A stretch of DNA of 64,000 nt from positions 2,790,001 through 2,854,000 of the forward strand of contig CATNEN010000007.1 in assembly GCA_950097015.1 (NCBI GenBank). The letters run 5' to 3'. Source of the stretch: Macrostomum hystrix. Lineage: Eukaryota; Animalia; Platyhelminthes. Positions 12,701 through 20,306 of this stretch are shown piece after piece. The notes under the pieces were generated by a model. That model worked only from the letters and a program-made list of their open reading frames with translations, did no database searches and was not told the origin of the DNA. Within the stretch, counting starts at the first letter, position 1. Each line of letters begins with the position of its first letter. Position numbers and translations under genes: made by a program.

Positions 12701-13803
12701 ACGCGCAGGTCCAGGAGCAGCTTGCACAGTTCGGGCGTCTTGGCAACGACGCCCTCTGCGTTGAGTTGCAGGAGGTGCAGGCTGCTGGGGGCCTGAGCGC
12801 GCGCGGACCGACAGTCGGGCTGGCGCTTCGCGCCGCCGGGGGCCCGCCGTTGAGGCTCGGCAGGCTGCGTCGGCAGTTGGTCAGTCATTTAGGACCGGTT
12901 CGGACCGCCAGATGCTTGTTGGGCGGTGAGAAAGGGCTGTGCTGTGCTGTGCTTTGCTGGGCTTTGGGAGGGCCCGTTTGATGGCCTGCATTTCGTAGGA
13001 CTTGCGTCCTCCGGGGGGCACCTCGTGGAGGCGCAGGCCATTGCCCCCCACTTGCAATTCTCGCAGGCTCGCAGCTGCACTCCTACTCTGCCTACCCTCT
13101 GGAACGCGGCCTCGGCACCAAATGCGTGGAGTGGGCGCCCTCCTCGCAGTTCCTCGCCGTCGGCTGCTACGACGGCTCGCTGCGCCTATTGAACAACATC
13201 ACCTGGGAGCCTCTGGCCGAGATGCGCTCGCTCACCTGCGTTGATCCGTCCTCCGCAAACTCGTCGTCTGGCATCACCGCTTATCGCGAAATCGAAGCTC
13301 CGTCCGGCCTGCCCCGGTACGAGGCCTCCTCGCCTGGCGATCCGCCAATCCCAGTGCCGGTGGTTAAGCCGGACCCCAGCAAGCCCAATCCGAGAGTTGG
13401 CATCGGCGCCGCGCAATTCTCGCCCTGCTCCCGCTACGTGGCATTTCGCGAGGACAGCCAACCCGGCGCCCTGTGGCTCTGGGAGCTCAGCCGGCTGAAG
13501 CCATGCGCCCTGCTGCTGCACAGGAACCCTGTCCGGTCATTCGCCTGGGATCCGGCTGCCTACAGTCCGCCTAGGCTCGCCATTGTCACTGGCACCCCGT
13601 GTGTGTACATGTGGTCAGCCACTGGCTGCCTGGCTGCCCAGGTGCCTCTGTTGGACCGCTGCGGCGCGTTTGTTGTTACCAGCGTTGCCTGGCACCCGTC
13701 CGGCGACGCCCTTTTGCTCACCTCGGACGCCGACGCCTGCGTTTGCTTCCTGGAGCCGGCCGAAATAGGCGGAGATGCCGGCACCGTCATTAGTAACGAT
13801 TAA
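6781..13803 (+). CDS. WRAP73: WD repeat protein WRAP73/WDR8; exons 6781-7008, 7490-7692, 8381-8604, 13067-13803 (463 aa)
   Basis: MNFSE..., [52 protein letters not shown] and NPRVGIG..FSP match human WRAP73 along its length. GT-AG introns have consistent phases (0, 2, 1). Intron 3 holds the retrotransposon. Confidence 0.93.
7052..7236. mobile_element. MITE family D (about 38-bp imperfect TIRs starting CAGTA, flanks TTAA/TTAG)
   Basis: Left end CAGTAGAAAAAGCACAGTGGTATTTCAAATACCCA; reverse complement of right end CAGTACAAAGACCACGGGGATTTGAAATACCCA. An internal part recurs at about 26590-26665 (-). Confidence 0.65.
7699..8356. repeat. 25-bp minisatellite filling WRAP73 intron 2
   Basis: GTTACACAGATCCATCATAACACAT, about 26 copies. 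Confidence 0.97.
8666..8762 (+). mobile_element. SINE family A, 5'-truncated fragment
   Basis: GTGTGCTCAGGAATCAGCGAAATGGGCAGAACTGCCTCCTCGCT is shared with the other family A copies. Confidence 0.7.
8919..13048 (-). mobile_element. Full-length non-LTR retrotransposon, Ingi-like (I group), single ORF
   Basis: 13-bp TSD CACTTGCAATTCT at 8906-8918 and 13049-13061. 3' tail is (GAA)7, seen as (TTC)n at 8915-8935. About 160-nt 5'UTR, intact ORF, and much higher GC than flanking intron DNA. Confidence 0.93.
8971..12888 (-). CDS. Retrotransposon polyprotein: APE endonuclease + reverse transcriptase + RNase H + C-terminal Cys/His finger (1305 aa)
   Basis: APE motifs [24 protein letters not shown] motifs [27 protein letters not shown]. 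RNase H motifs TDG..AEL..SDS..WVPGH..GNEAVD. C-terminal CRLCG...HVLLAC. ATG at 12888. Confidence 0.96.
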   Translation of the reverse strand: MTDQLPTQPAEPQRRAPGGAKRQPDCRSARAQAPSSLHLLQLNAEGVVAKTPELCKLLLDLRVDVACLQETHTAEGREPRLPGFNAVWRHRQSGRRSGGPTRGGGVAILIREGLRYEVLHERPCAPEDVSTEWAGIRVFPSEKTVESLDIHCLYVPPIRNAEGDDRVQRFNPQWLPSGASTVILGDLNAHHPAWDPESEETDLGTAAFEWSVISGMRILNDGSHTHMPRRADARQTAPDVSLCHKSLASRAEWQVRRDVGSDHLPISVIIHGSRGAAKRAGAARRAWAKADWAGFRAQTEEALAGWDALPPATATEANRLLTEAIMTADKAFIPRGARPSPKAWWTPEVEDAVKSRRAARAAAAADPNERPAWNKASADAKKIIADAKRDSWRAFAGEVAADTDHSKIWRVVRSLDGRSNNLQRDAALRVGQKLYVRPKDIAEAYAKEYAAVSRLPQDRRTRILCRENHRSRAAAQADSPEAGDFSKQFSSRELDRVLRSLPARKAPGPDGICAEHLQHLGPAGRRAALHVINQSWAKGEVPSAWRRAHVVPILKKGKPADVIGSYRPIALTSAMAKLAERLVQARLYWWAESRQLLHPAQAGFRKRRCTEDQIARLTQLISDGHQASPARRTVVVLFDFRRAYDTVWKQGLLHKLHAAGIPAAGVRWLSSFLADRRAAVRVDGATSSWRLFREGLPQGSVLAPLLFALFINDLPDQLPPDCTPLLYADDLAIAVQGLTVEEAEAKAQRAIDATAEWANKWRLQLAPEKCAASLFSTTAGEASRELRLQLNDAPLATDRQPRFLGVILDRLLSFTAHAANVAGRARARCGVLAALSGSSWGAKQTDVRRLYTAYVRPVLEYAAGAWMPSACKTAIEQLDRAQRLCARVITGCPRNTRSEVLEREAGLPPMAVRAEMHAGLLLERALRLPPDNPLLACAAAEGPRRRLQSARGWRETATRVSTDAGLSGYPREPVCAVPATPPWANLDTVTFGLQLSAPSSRCDPPEARRAAAELTLAGLPPARTAIWTDGAAKDGVSAGGSGALVEPDTALCVPAGHVTSSFHAELVAIAEALQWVLAAPDPAELSPVHVCSDSLSALAALESGPGSTGVTTADAIWASLSHLAAGGVAVHLQWVPGHAGIPGNEAVDAIAKRGSALPQAEAHIPLAAAQAAIRRHCLARWHQLYRAAAADAAGTSSLPWHAACTSGHLPPPPPTDLSRRHERLICQLRADRCHALRGFQATIGAPVAPTCRLCGEGDETAAHVLLACPALTAHRCRLWGPCPEPAAVFECCASVLALLGKAGII
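12982..13049 (-). ncRNA. HDV-like self-cleaving ribozyme at the retrotransposon 5' end
   Basis: GGGGGGC(P1) AA UGGCCUGC(P2) GCC(P3) UCCACGA(L3) GGU(P3') GCCCCCC(P1') GG(P1.1) AGGAC-GCAA-GUCCU(P4) ACGAAAU(J4/2) GCAGGCCA(P2'). Every helix of the nested double pseudoknot pairs. Confidence 0.85.
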
Positions 13804-13864
13804 CGCTTATAATGCGTTACTTTTCTTGTAGACTTGTGCCATTATCTACTTAATATATGAATTG

Positions 13865-14070
13865 ATGGTGAGACGCCAACTGTCTATGGTAGGAATCCTT
13901 TAGCTAGGATATGATTGGTCGGGGTGGTCAAATGTCTATGGTAGGAATCTTTTAGCCAGAATCTGATTGGTTGGGTTGTTCAGCTGTCTATGGCAGGAAT
14001 CTTTTGCTAGAATCGAATTGGCTGGGCGAGACCAACCGTCTATGGTAGAAGTCTGATTGGTCGGTTAGTT
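13865..14070. repeat. Degenerate 52-bp tandem repeat, 4 copies, 3' of WRAP73
   Basis: GTCTATGGYAGRA recurs at about 13881, 13933, 13985 and 14037, with ATTGG motifs. Confidence 0.75.
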
Positions 14071-14654
14071 GGTTAGGCTAATCTAGTTTTCCATGCTATT
14101 TTTTGCTTTTGTTGTCAGTTGTAAATCATTGTACTAATTAGTTTCTAATTTTACTCCTATCTCATTCCAATGGTTTGCGCGAAAATGTTTGCAGCTACAT
14201 ATTTTGACTTTCTTTTTTATATCCGCCTTACTAGCTACTAGTATGAGTAGTATTGATTTATTTGGCTTTCTAATTCCTTTAAGTTAGCTTCCATTGTGCA
14301 GTTTTACAACCAGTTTGCAAAAATCGATGCTTACATTTGTGTTTAAAAAAACACGACCAAGTTTATAATGATGCTGGGCATCATTTGACATTTTTAAGCG
14401 CTTGATTTTTGCAAGTTCTTTTATCCATTTTTTTCTAATATTTGTAGTGTAAAATGTGAGTTCTAACTGTTCAATATTTTTTGCTTTTCTGACATTAATT
14501 TTCTAATAAAATAAAATTCGTAAGATTAAAATAAATTGTAGCATTCCGTTTCAAACTAGTAGGTTTTTTGGATTTTAATATTTAATTTCGGTAATCTTCA
14601 TACTAGTCACTTGTGTTTGAAATAATTTATAACTGGTTACACCTGCCCCAATCG

Positions 14655-15222
14655 GGCCAGATGTGCAGCTGACAGCTACAGCCGCAGCTATTGCGCAGCG
14701 CATCCGGCTGCGTACGGCTGTTCAGTCCATGGACTGGGGGGACGCCACACCCACCCTCAGTTACCCCAGCTGATGCTGGTACCCAACACCCGGGCGAACT
14801 GAAGCAATGCAGAGTGATCGATATTTATTTTATTGCTAGATGTCATAATTTAGAGTCAGAAATCGAACCCCCGACCTTTAAGCTGTGAGTCCGATGAGGA
14901 ATCGAACCCCCGATCTTTAAGTTCTGAGTCCGATCGGGAATCGAACCCCCGACCTACAAGTTGTGAGTCCGATCAGGAATCGAACCCCCGACCTTCAATT
15001 TGTTAGTCCGATCGGGAGCGAACCCCCGACCTTCAAGTTGTGATTCCGATCGGGAACGAACCCCCGACCTTCAAGTTGTAAGTCCGATCGGGAATCGAAC
15101 CCCCGACCTTTAAGTTGTGAGTCCGATGATGAATCGAACCCCCAACATTTAAGCTGTGGGTCCGATGGGGAATCGAACCCCCGAACTTCGAGTTGTGAGT
15201 CCGACGCTCTAATCCCAAGGCT
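14655..15222 (-). mobile_element. tRNA-derived CORE-like SINE family C copy with 9 tandem copies of the B-box segment
   Basis: The 3' body (GGTACCAGCATCAGCTGGGGTAA..CCAGTCCATGGACTGAACAGCCGTACGCAGCC) is shared with 31925-32066 and 32903-33150. The head unit TCGGACTCACAACTTGAAGGTCGGGGGTTCGATTCC is repeated 9x at 14861-15205. Confidence 0.8.
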
Positions 15223-15304
15223 GCAAGAACTAAATTTTAAAATGAAATTTTCGTTTAGAAAGCTGCTTATTGTCTATTTTCCACCGTCGATTCCTTTCAG
15301 CACG

Positions 15305-16564
15305 ATGACAGCCTTGTACCTGCAGCGTCTGAGCAGTGTGATGCACTCGGCTGCGTACTCAAACACTACTGCCGCCGCCGCCGCCGCCGCCTCCACCGCT
15401 GCTGCGAACTGCCGCATCTGTCGCGAAGGTGCTGACGGATCCGAGCAGCTCTGCCAGCCCTGCCAGTGTCGGGGCACGCTGGCGCACATCCACCCCGCCT
15501 GCCTCCGGCGCTGGCTTCAGCTGAGCCGCAGCACCCGCTGCGAGATCTGTCGCCAACCCTTCCTTTGCGACGTCGCCTCGTCGACCAACTCGCCGTCGGC
15601 AGCTGGCTACGGCCGCTACTCGCCGATGCTTGACTTCGCCCTCAGATGCTGCCTCGCCGTTCTAGTTTTCCTCAGTTCCGGCTGGCTGGCTAGATCTGTT
15701 CTGTTTCCAAGCAAAGACAATTCTAGAATGATTCCAATTGATTTTATTCTAGGCTTGGCAACATCTACGCTGACTCTCGCCCTAGTCTGGTCAGTCGTAG
15801 CCGTTGGCAATCTTCACCAGAAGCGAGTCTACTGCTGCGGCGTGTCAGTGTTCGCCATTGTCGCCGAGCTGCTGGGCCTGCTGGCCACGCTGGAGGTCGA
15901 AATCGACGCCGACTCGGGCGTCTGGTTTCGTCTACTGCCTCGCCGTCTCAGCGGCCTCGCCCTGGCCAATTACCTCCTACTGATTGTGGGCTGCTATCTG
16001 CCGGTGCAGATTAGTCGCCAATTGATTGACATCATGCTGATTGACACATCTGTTCGCCTGTCTGATTTCCCAAGCTTTGCTGGCTATGCATTGCTGCTAA
16101 TTGGCCTGGTTGTACTTTTGTTCAGTTGTCAAGCAATTCGATCGTTTCTACTGCCGCCTCTGCTTATTTCTGCCGCTCCACTGGCTACCGGAGGAGCAGT
16201 TTTGGCTAGTATGAACTTTCTGAGCTGGAGTGCAGATTTCTCATTGGTTGCTACGGATTCCTACCTGATGAATTATTGGTTGCTAGGTGCCGTCTGTCTA
16301 CTATCGTCTCGCCATCTTGTCTGGCAGTTGCTATGGGCTAGAAACAACCAATCAAACGACGCGCTGCTCTACTCATTCTTCTGCTATTTTGATGTATTCT
16401 TTCGTCTGTCGGACGCCAATCTGACTGTGGCAATGCGCGCCGGCATGGAATTAGCTGGTCACGTGATCATTGGTGCAGCCTGCGGAACTCCAATTGTCTG
16501 TCTGGTGGCGTTTCTACGGGGCATCCTGAGCAGTCTTCTGCTGCAACTGTCCGCTTTTAACTAA
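15305..16564 (+). CDS. Intronless RING-CH (RINGv, MARCH-type) E3 ligase with multiple TM helices, 419 aa
   Basis: CRICREG..LCQPCQCRGTLAHIHPACLRRWL..RCEIC is a C4HC3 RING-CH, followed by several hydrophobic segments. ATG 15305 lies 4 nt after a strong acceptor (ttcctttcag); the ORF is open from 15242. Confidence 0.82.
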   Translation: MTALYLQRLSSVMHSAAYSNTTAAAAAAASTAAANCRICREGADGSEQLCQPCQCRGTLAHIHPACLRRWLQLSRSTRCEICRQPFLCDVASSTNSPSAAGYGRYSPMLDFALRCCLAVLVFLSSGWLARSVLFPSKDNSRMIPIDFILGLATSTLTLALVWSVVAVGNLHQKRVYCCGVSVFAIVAELLGLLATLEVEIDADSGVWFRLLPRRLSGLALANYLLLIVGCYLPVQISRQLIDIMLIDTSVRLSDFPSFAGYALLLIGLVVLLFSCQAIRSFLLPPLLISAAPLATGGAVLASMNFLSWSADFSLVATDSYLMNYWLLGAVCLLSSRHLVWQLLWARNNQSNDALLYSFFCYFDVFFRLSDANLTVAMRAGMELAGHVIIGAACGTPIVCLVAFLRGILSSLLLQLSAFN

Positions 16565-16889
16565 TATTCCATCTATGGGCAGATACACAGATTAGATTGA
16601 TTGATTGAAATTGGGTATTAAGTGGTTGTCGCCCGAGGCCACTAAATTTCCCACTCCCGTCTGAAGAGAGCATAGGAGCTACAGCCTAATTGCATATCTG
16701 AGCTATTCTGTTAAACAGCGTTGGTTGGTGACTGATTGGTTGACAGACTATGCGAGGGTGTCCTGTGGTTGAGCTGCGCCTAATATTCAGGCTTGATCAG
16801 TGAAATTACAGAAATTCGCGACAGGGTGTCCATAGTGGCCTAGCTCCACCTGTTGTAGCCCTTGAAGGTCCAGCAGTCCGTCCAGATAA

Positions 16890-17240
16890 CGGTAGGTGAC
16901 CACCGAAGACGGAGATGATGCAGAGCACATTCGGGTGACATGCTGATAGCATGACCTTCAACAGGGTGACAAGTTTGAAGGCCTGGCAAGGCCGCACTGA
17001 GGCGCAGTGCAAATTCGTGTATAGGGGTGTATGAAATACACTAGCGCTTACGGGAAAATCAGACCTTCGGCCAGAACCATTGAATATCTCGACGGTCTGA
17101 AGAGCTGGCGACTCGATTATTGTTTCAAAAGATGCGCAACAAAAAGTTGGCCCGTGTTCTTGAGTTTCGTGTGCTTGCGTTGCTCCGTTCGGGTGCAGCA
17201 CAAATTGTCAGGGGGGAATCTCCCCTTGGTAGTTCTACTG
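16890..17240. mobile_element. MITE family B copy
   Basis: Colinear with 44382-44681 (inverted). Right TIR CTTGGTAGTTCTACTG is followed by TTAA; the left TIR is degenerate. Confidence 0.75.
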
Positions 17241-17756
17241 TTAAGATTTGATCAGATTTCAACTACCTCCGTGCAGTTCTATCATGGTATTTTTCCAGTT
17301 TCAAATTTGTTTCTCAACTTTTCTTGCACAGCTTTTTCATTCAATGAAGTGTTTTTTGTTATTGAATTGTAGCTTATCATTGTTTTCAAGTGCCTGATTG
17401 TGATGATAAGCTCTGTGTCTAGTGCCTAGATGATAGCTGCTTTATTTGTGTTGCTGTTTGTCTTTCTTATCTATTGTCATTGTTTAGTTTAGTGCACTTT
17501 TATAACTTGTAACCTTATACAGATTAGAAGTTTGATTCAACTAAACTTCCTATTTTTATGCTTTTTTGCTAAGCATCATGTACTACTGACAATATTTAGT
17601 AGTGTTTCTTGGTGGTAGAGACACCACCGCATGATTTCAGGATATTCATTCTCATGTTTTCATTTATTTATTCTTTTTTGTAGCTATTATAGGAATAAGA
17701 AGCAATAAGAACCTATTACCCCACCACAAACCTTTTTATTATGAAGGACAAATTGT

Positions 17757-20120
17757 CCGTCTATTCTCTTCTCTCCTGCCCATTCACTTCTCTCCTGCCC
17801 ATTCACTTCTGTCCTGTCCATTCTCTTCTGTCCTGTCCATTCACTTATTTCCTGTCCATTCTCTTCTGTCCTGCCCATTCACTTCTCTCCTGCCCATTCA
17901 CTTCTGTCCTGCCCATTCTCTTCTCTCCTGCCCATTCACTTCTGTCCTGCCCATTCTCTTCTGTCCTGTCCATTCACTTCTCTCCTGCCCATTCACTTCT
18001 GTCCTGCCCATTCACTTCTCTCCTGCCCATTCACTTCTCTCCTGCCCATTCACTTCTCTCCTGCCCATTCACTTCTCTCCTGCCCATTCACTTTTCTCCT
18101 GCCCATTCACTTCTGTCCTGTCCATTCACTTCTCTCCTGCCCATTCACTTCTGTCCTGCCCATTCACTTCTGTCCTGCCCATTCACTTCTCTCCTGCCCA
18201 TTCACTTCTGTCCTGCCCATTCACTTCTGTCCTGCCCATTCACTTCTGTCCTGTCCATTCACTTCTGTCCTGTCCATTCACTTATTTCCTGCCCATTCAC
18301 TTCTGTCCTGCCCATTCACTTCTGTCCTGTCCATTCTCTTCTGTCCTGTCCATTCACTTCTGTCCTGCCCATTCACTTCTCTCCTGCCCATTCACTTCTG
18401 TCCTGCCCATTCACTTCTGTCCTGCCCATTCACTTCTCTCCTGCCCATTCACTTCTGTCCTGCCCATTCACTTCTGTCCTGTCCATTCACTTCTGTCCTG
18501 CCCATTCACTTCTCTCCTGCCCATTCTCTTCTGTCCTGTCCATTCACTTCTCTCCTGCCCATTCACTTCTGTCCTGCCCATTCACTTCTCTCCTGCCCAT
18601 TCACTTCTCTCCTGCCCATTCACTTCTGTCCTGTCCATTCTCTTCTGTCCTGTCCATTCACTTATTTCCTGTCCATTCTCTTCTGTCCTGCCCATTCACT
18701 TCTCTCCTGCCCATTCACTTCTGTCCTGCCCATTCTCTTCTCTCCTGCCCATTCACTTCTGTCCTGCCCATTCTCTTCTGTCCTGTCCATTCACTTCTCT
18801 CCTGCCCATTCACTTCTGTCCTGCCCATTCACTTCTGTCCTGCCCATTCACTTCTGTCCTGTCCATTCACTTCTGTCCTGCCCATTCACTTCTGTCCTGT
18901 CCATTCACTTCTCTCCTGCCCATTCACTTCTCTCCTGCCCATTCACTTCTGTCCTGTCCATTCTCTTCTGTCCTGCCCATTCACTTCTCTCCTGCCCATT
19001 CACTTCTGTCCTGCCCATTCTCTTCTGTCCTGTCCATTCACTTATTTCCTGCCCATTCACTTCTCTCCTGCCCATTCACTTCTCTCCTGCCCATTCACTT
19101 CTGTCCTGTCCATTCACTTCTCTCCTGCCCATTCACTTCTCTCCTGCCCATTCACTTCTGTCCTGTCCATTCTCTTCTGTCCTGCCCATTCACTTCTCTC
19201 CTGCCCATTCACTTCTGTCCTGCCCATTCTCTTCTGTCCTGTCCATTCACTTATTTCCTGCCCATTCACTTATTTCCTGCCCATTCTCTTCTGTCCTGCC
19301 CATTCTCTTCTCTCCTGCCCATTCACTTCTGTCCTGCCCATTCTCTTCTCTCCTGCCCATTCACTTCTCTCCTGCCCATTCACTTCTGTCCTGTCCATTC
19401 ACTTATTTCCTGTCCATTCTCTTCTGTCCTGCCCATTCACTTATTTCCTGTCCATTCTCTTCTGTCCTGCCCATTCTCTTCTCTCCTGCCCATTCACTTC
19501 TGTCCTGTCCATTCTCTTCTGTCCTGCCCATTCTCTTCTCTCCTGCCCATTCACTTCTCTCCTGCCCATTCACTTCTGTCCTGTCCATTCTCTTCTGTCC
19601 TGCCCATTCTCTTCTGTCCTGTCCATTCTCTTCTCTCCTGCCCATTCTTTTCTGTCCTGCCCATTCTCTTCTCTCCTGCCCATTCTCTTCTGTCCTGCCC
19701 ATTCTCTTCTGTCCTGCCCATTCTCTTCTGTCCTGTCCATTCTCTTCTGTCCTGCCCATTATCTTCTGTCCTGTCCATTCACTTATTTCCTGTCCATTCT
19801 CTTCTCTCCTGCCCATTCTCTTCTGTCCTGCCCATTCTCTTCTGTCCTGTCCATTCTCTTCTGTCCTGCCCATTATCTTCTGTCCTGTCCATTCACTTAT
19901 TTCCTGTCCATTCTCTTCTCTCCTGCCCATTCTCTTCTCTCCTGTCCATTCTGTTTTGTCCTGTCCATTCCGTTCTGCCCTGTCAATTCTGTTCTGTCCT
20001 GTCCATTCTGTTCTGTCCTGTCCATTCTGTTCTGTCCTGTCCATTCTGTTCTGTCCTGTCAATTCTGTTCTGTCCTGTCAATTCTGTTCTGTCCTGTCCA
20101 TTCCGTTCTGTCATGTCCAT
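17757..20120. repeat. 2.4-kb 19-bp minisatellite
   Basis: CATTCACTTCTGTCCTGCC and variants. The 800-aa ORF 17741..20143 is a repeat translation. Confidence 0.97.
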
Positions 20121-20306
20121 TTCAAACATTTCAGTTGATATAACACAGCTAGTATTATAAAAGTGCATTTTTTAGTTAGGCTAGCCTGCTCTATCTAACA
20201 ATCGCCATGTTCTCAAATTGCAGTCTCGGTTATCCTCAGCGGTGCCTGATTTTCCCTCCTGGTGAAGCTGCGGATCCCGCCTGTGGCCGGCAGCGGTGCT
20301 TCAGCT

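Noticed and set aside
9067-12981. Many overlapping ORFs on both strands within the retrotransposon
   Set aside because: Shadow ORFs expected in very GC-rich coding DNA; no independent motifs.
14861-15205. Possible tRNA gene cluster or CRISPR array
   Set aside because: Units are partial (anticodon arm to T arm only), lack acceptor stems and unique spacers, and are embedded in a SINE. There are no cas genes and the context is eukaryotic.
17741-20143. 800-aa ORF and opposite-strand ORFs
   Set aside because: Stop-free translation of the 19-bp minisatellite with no domain content.
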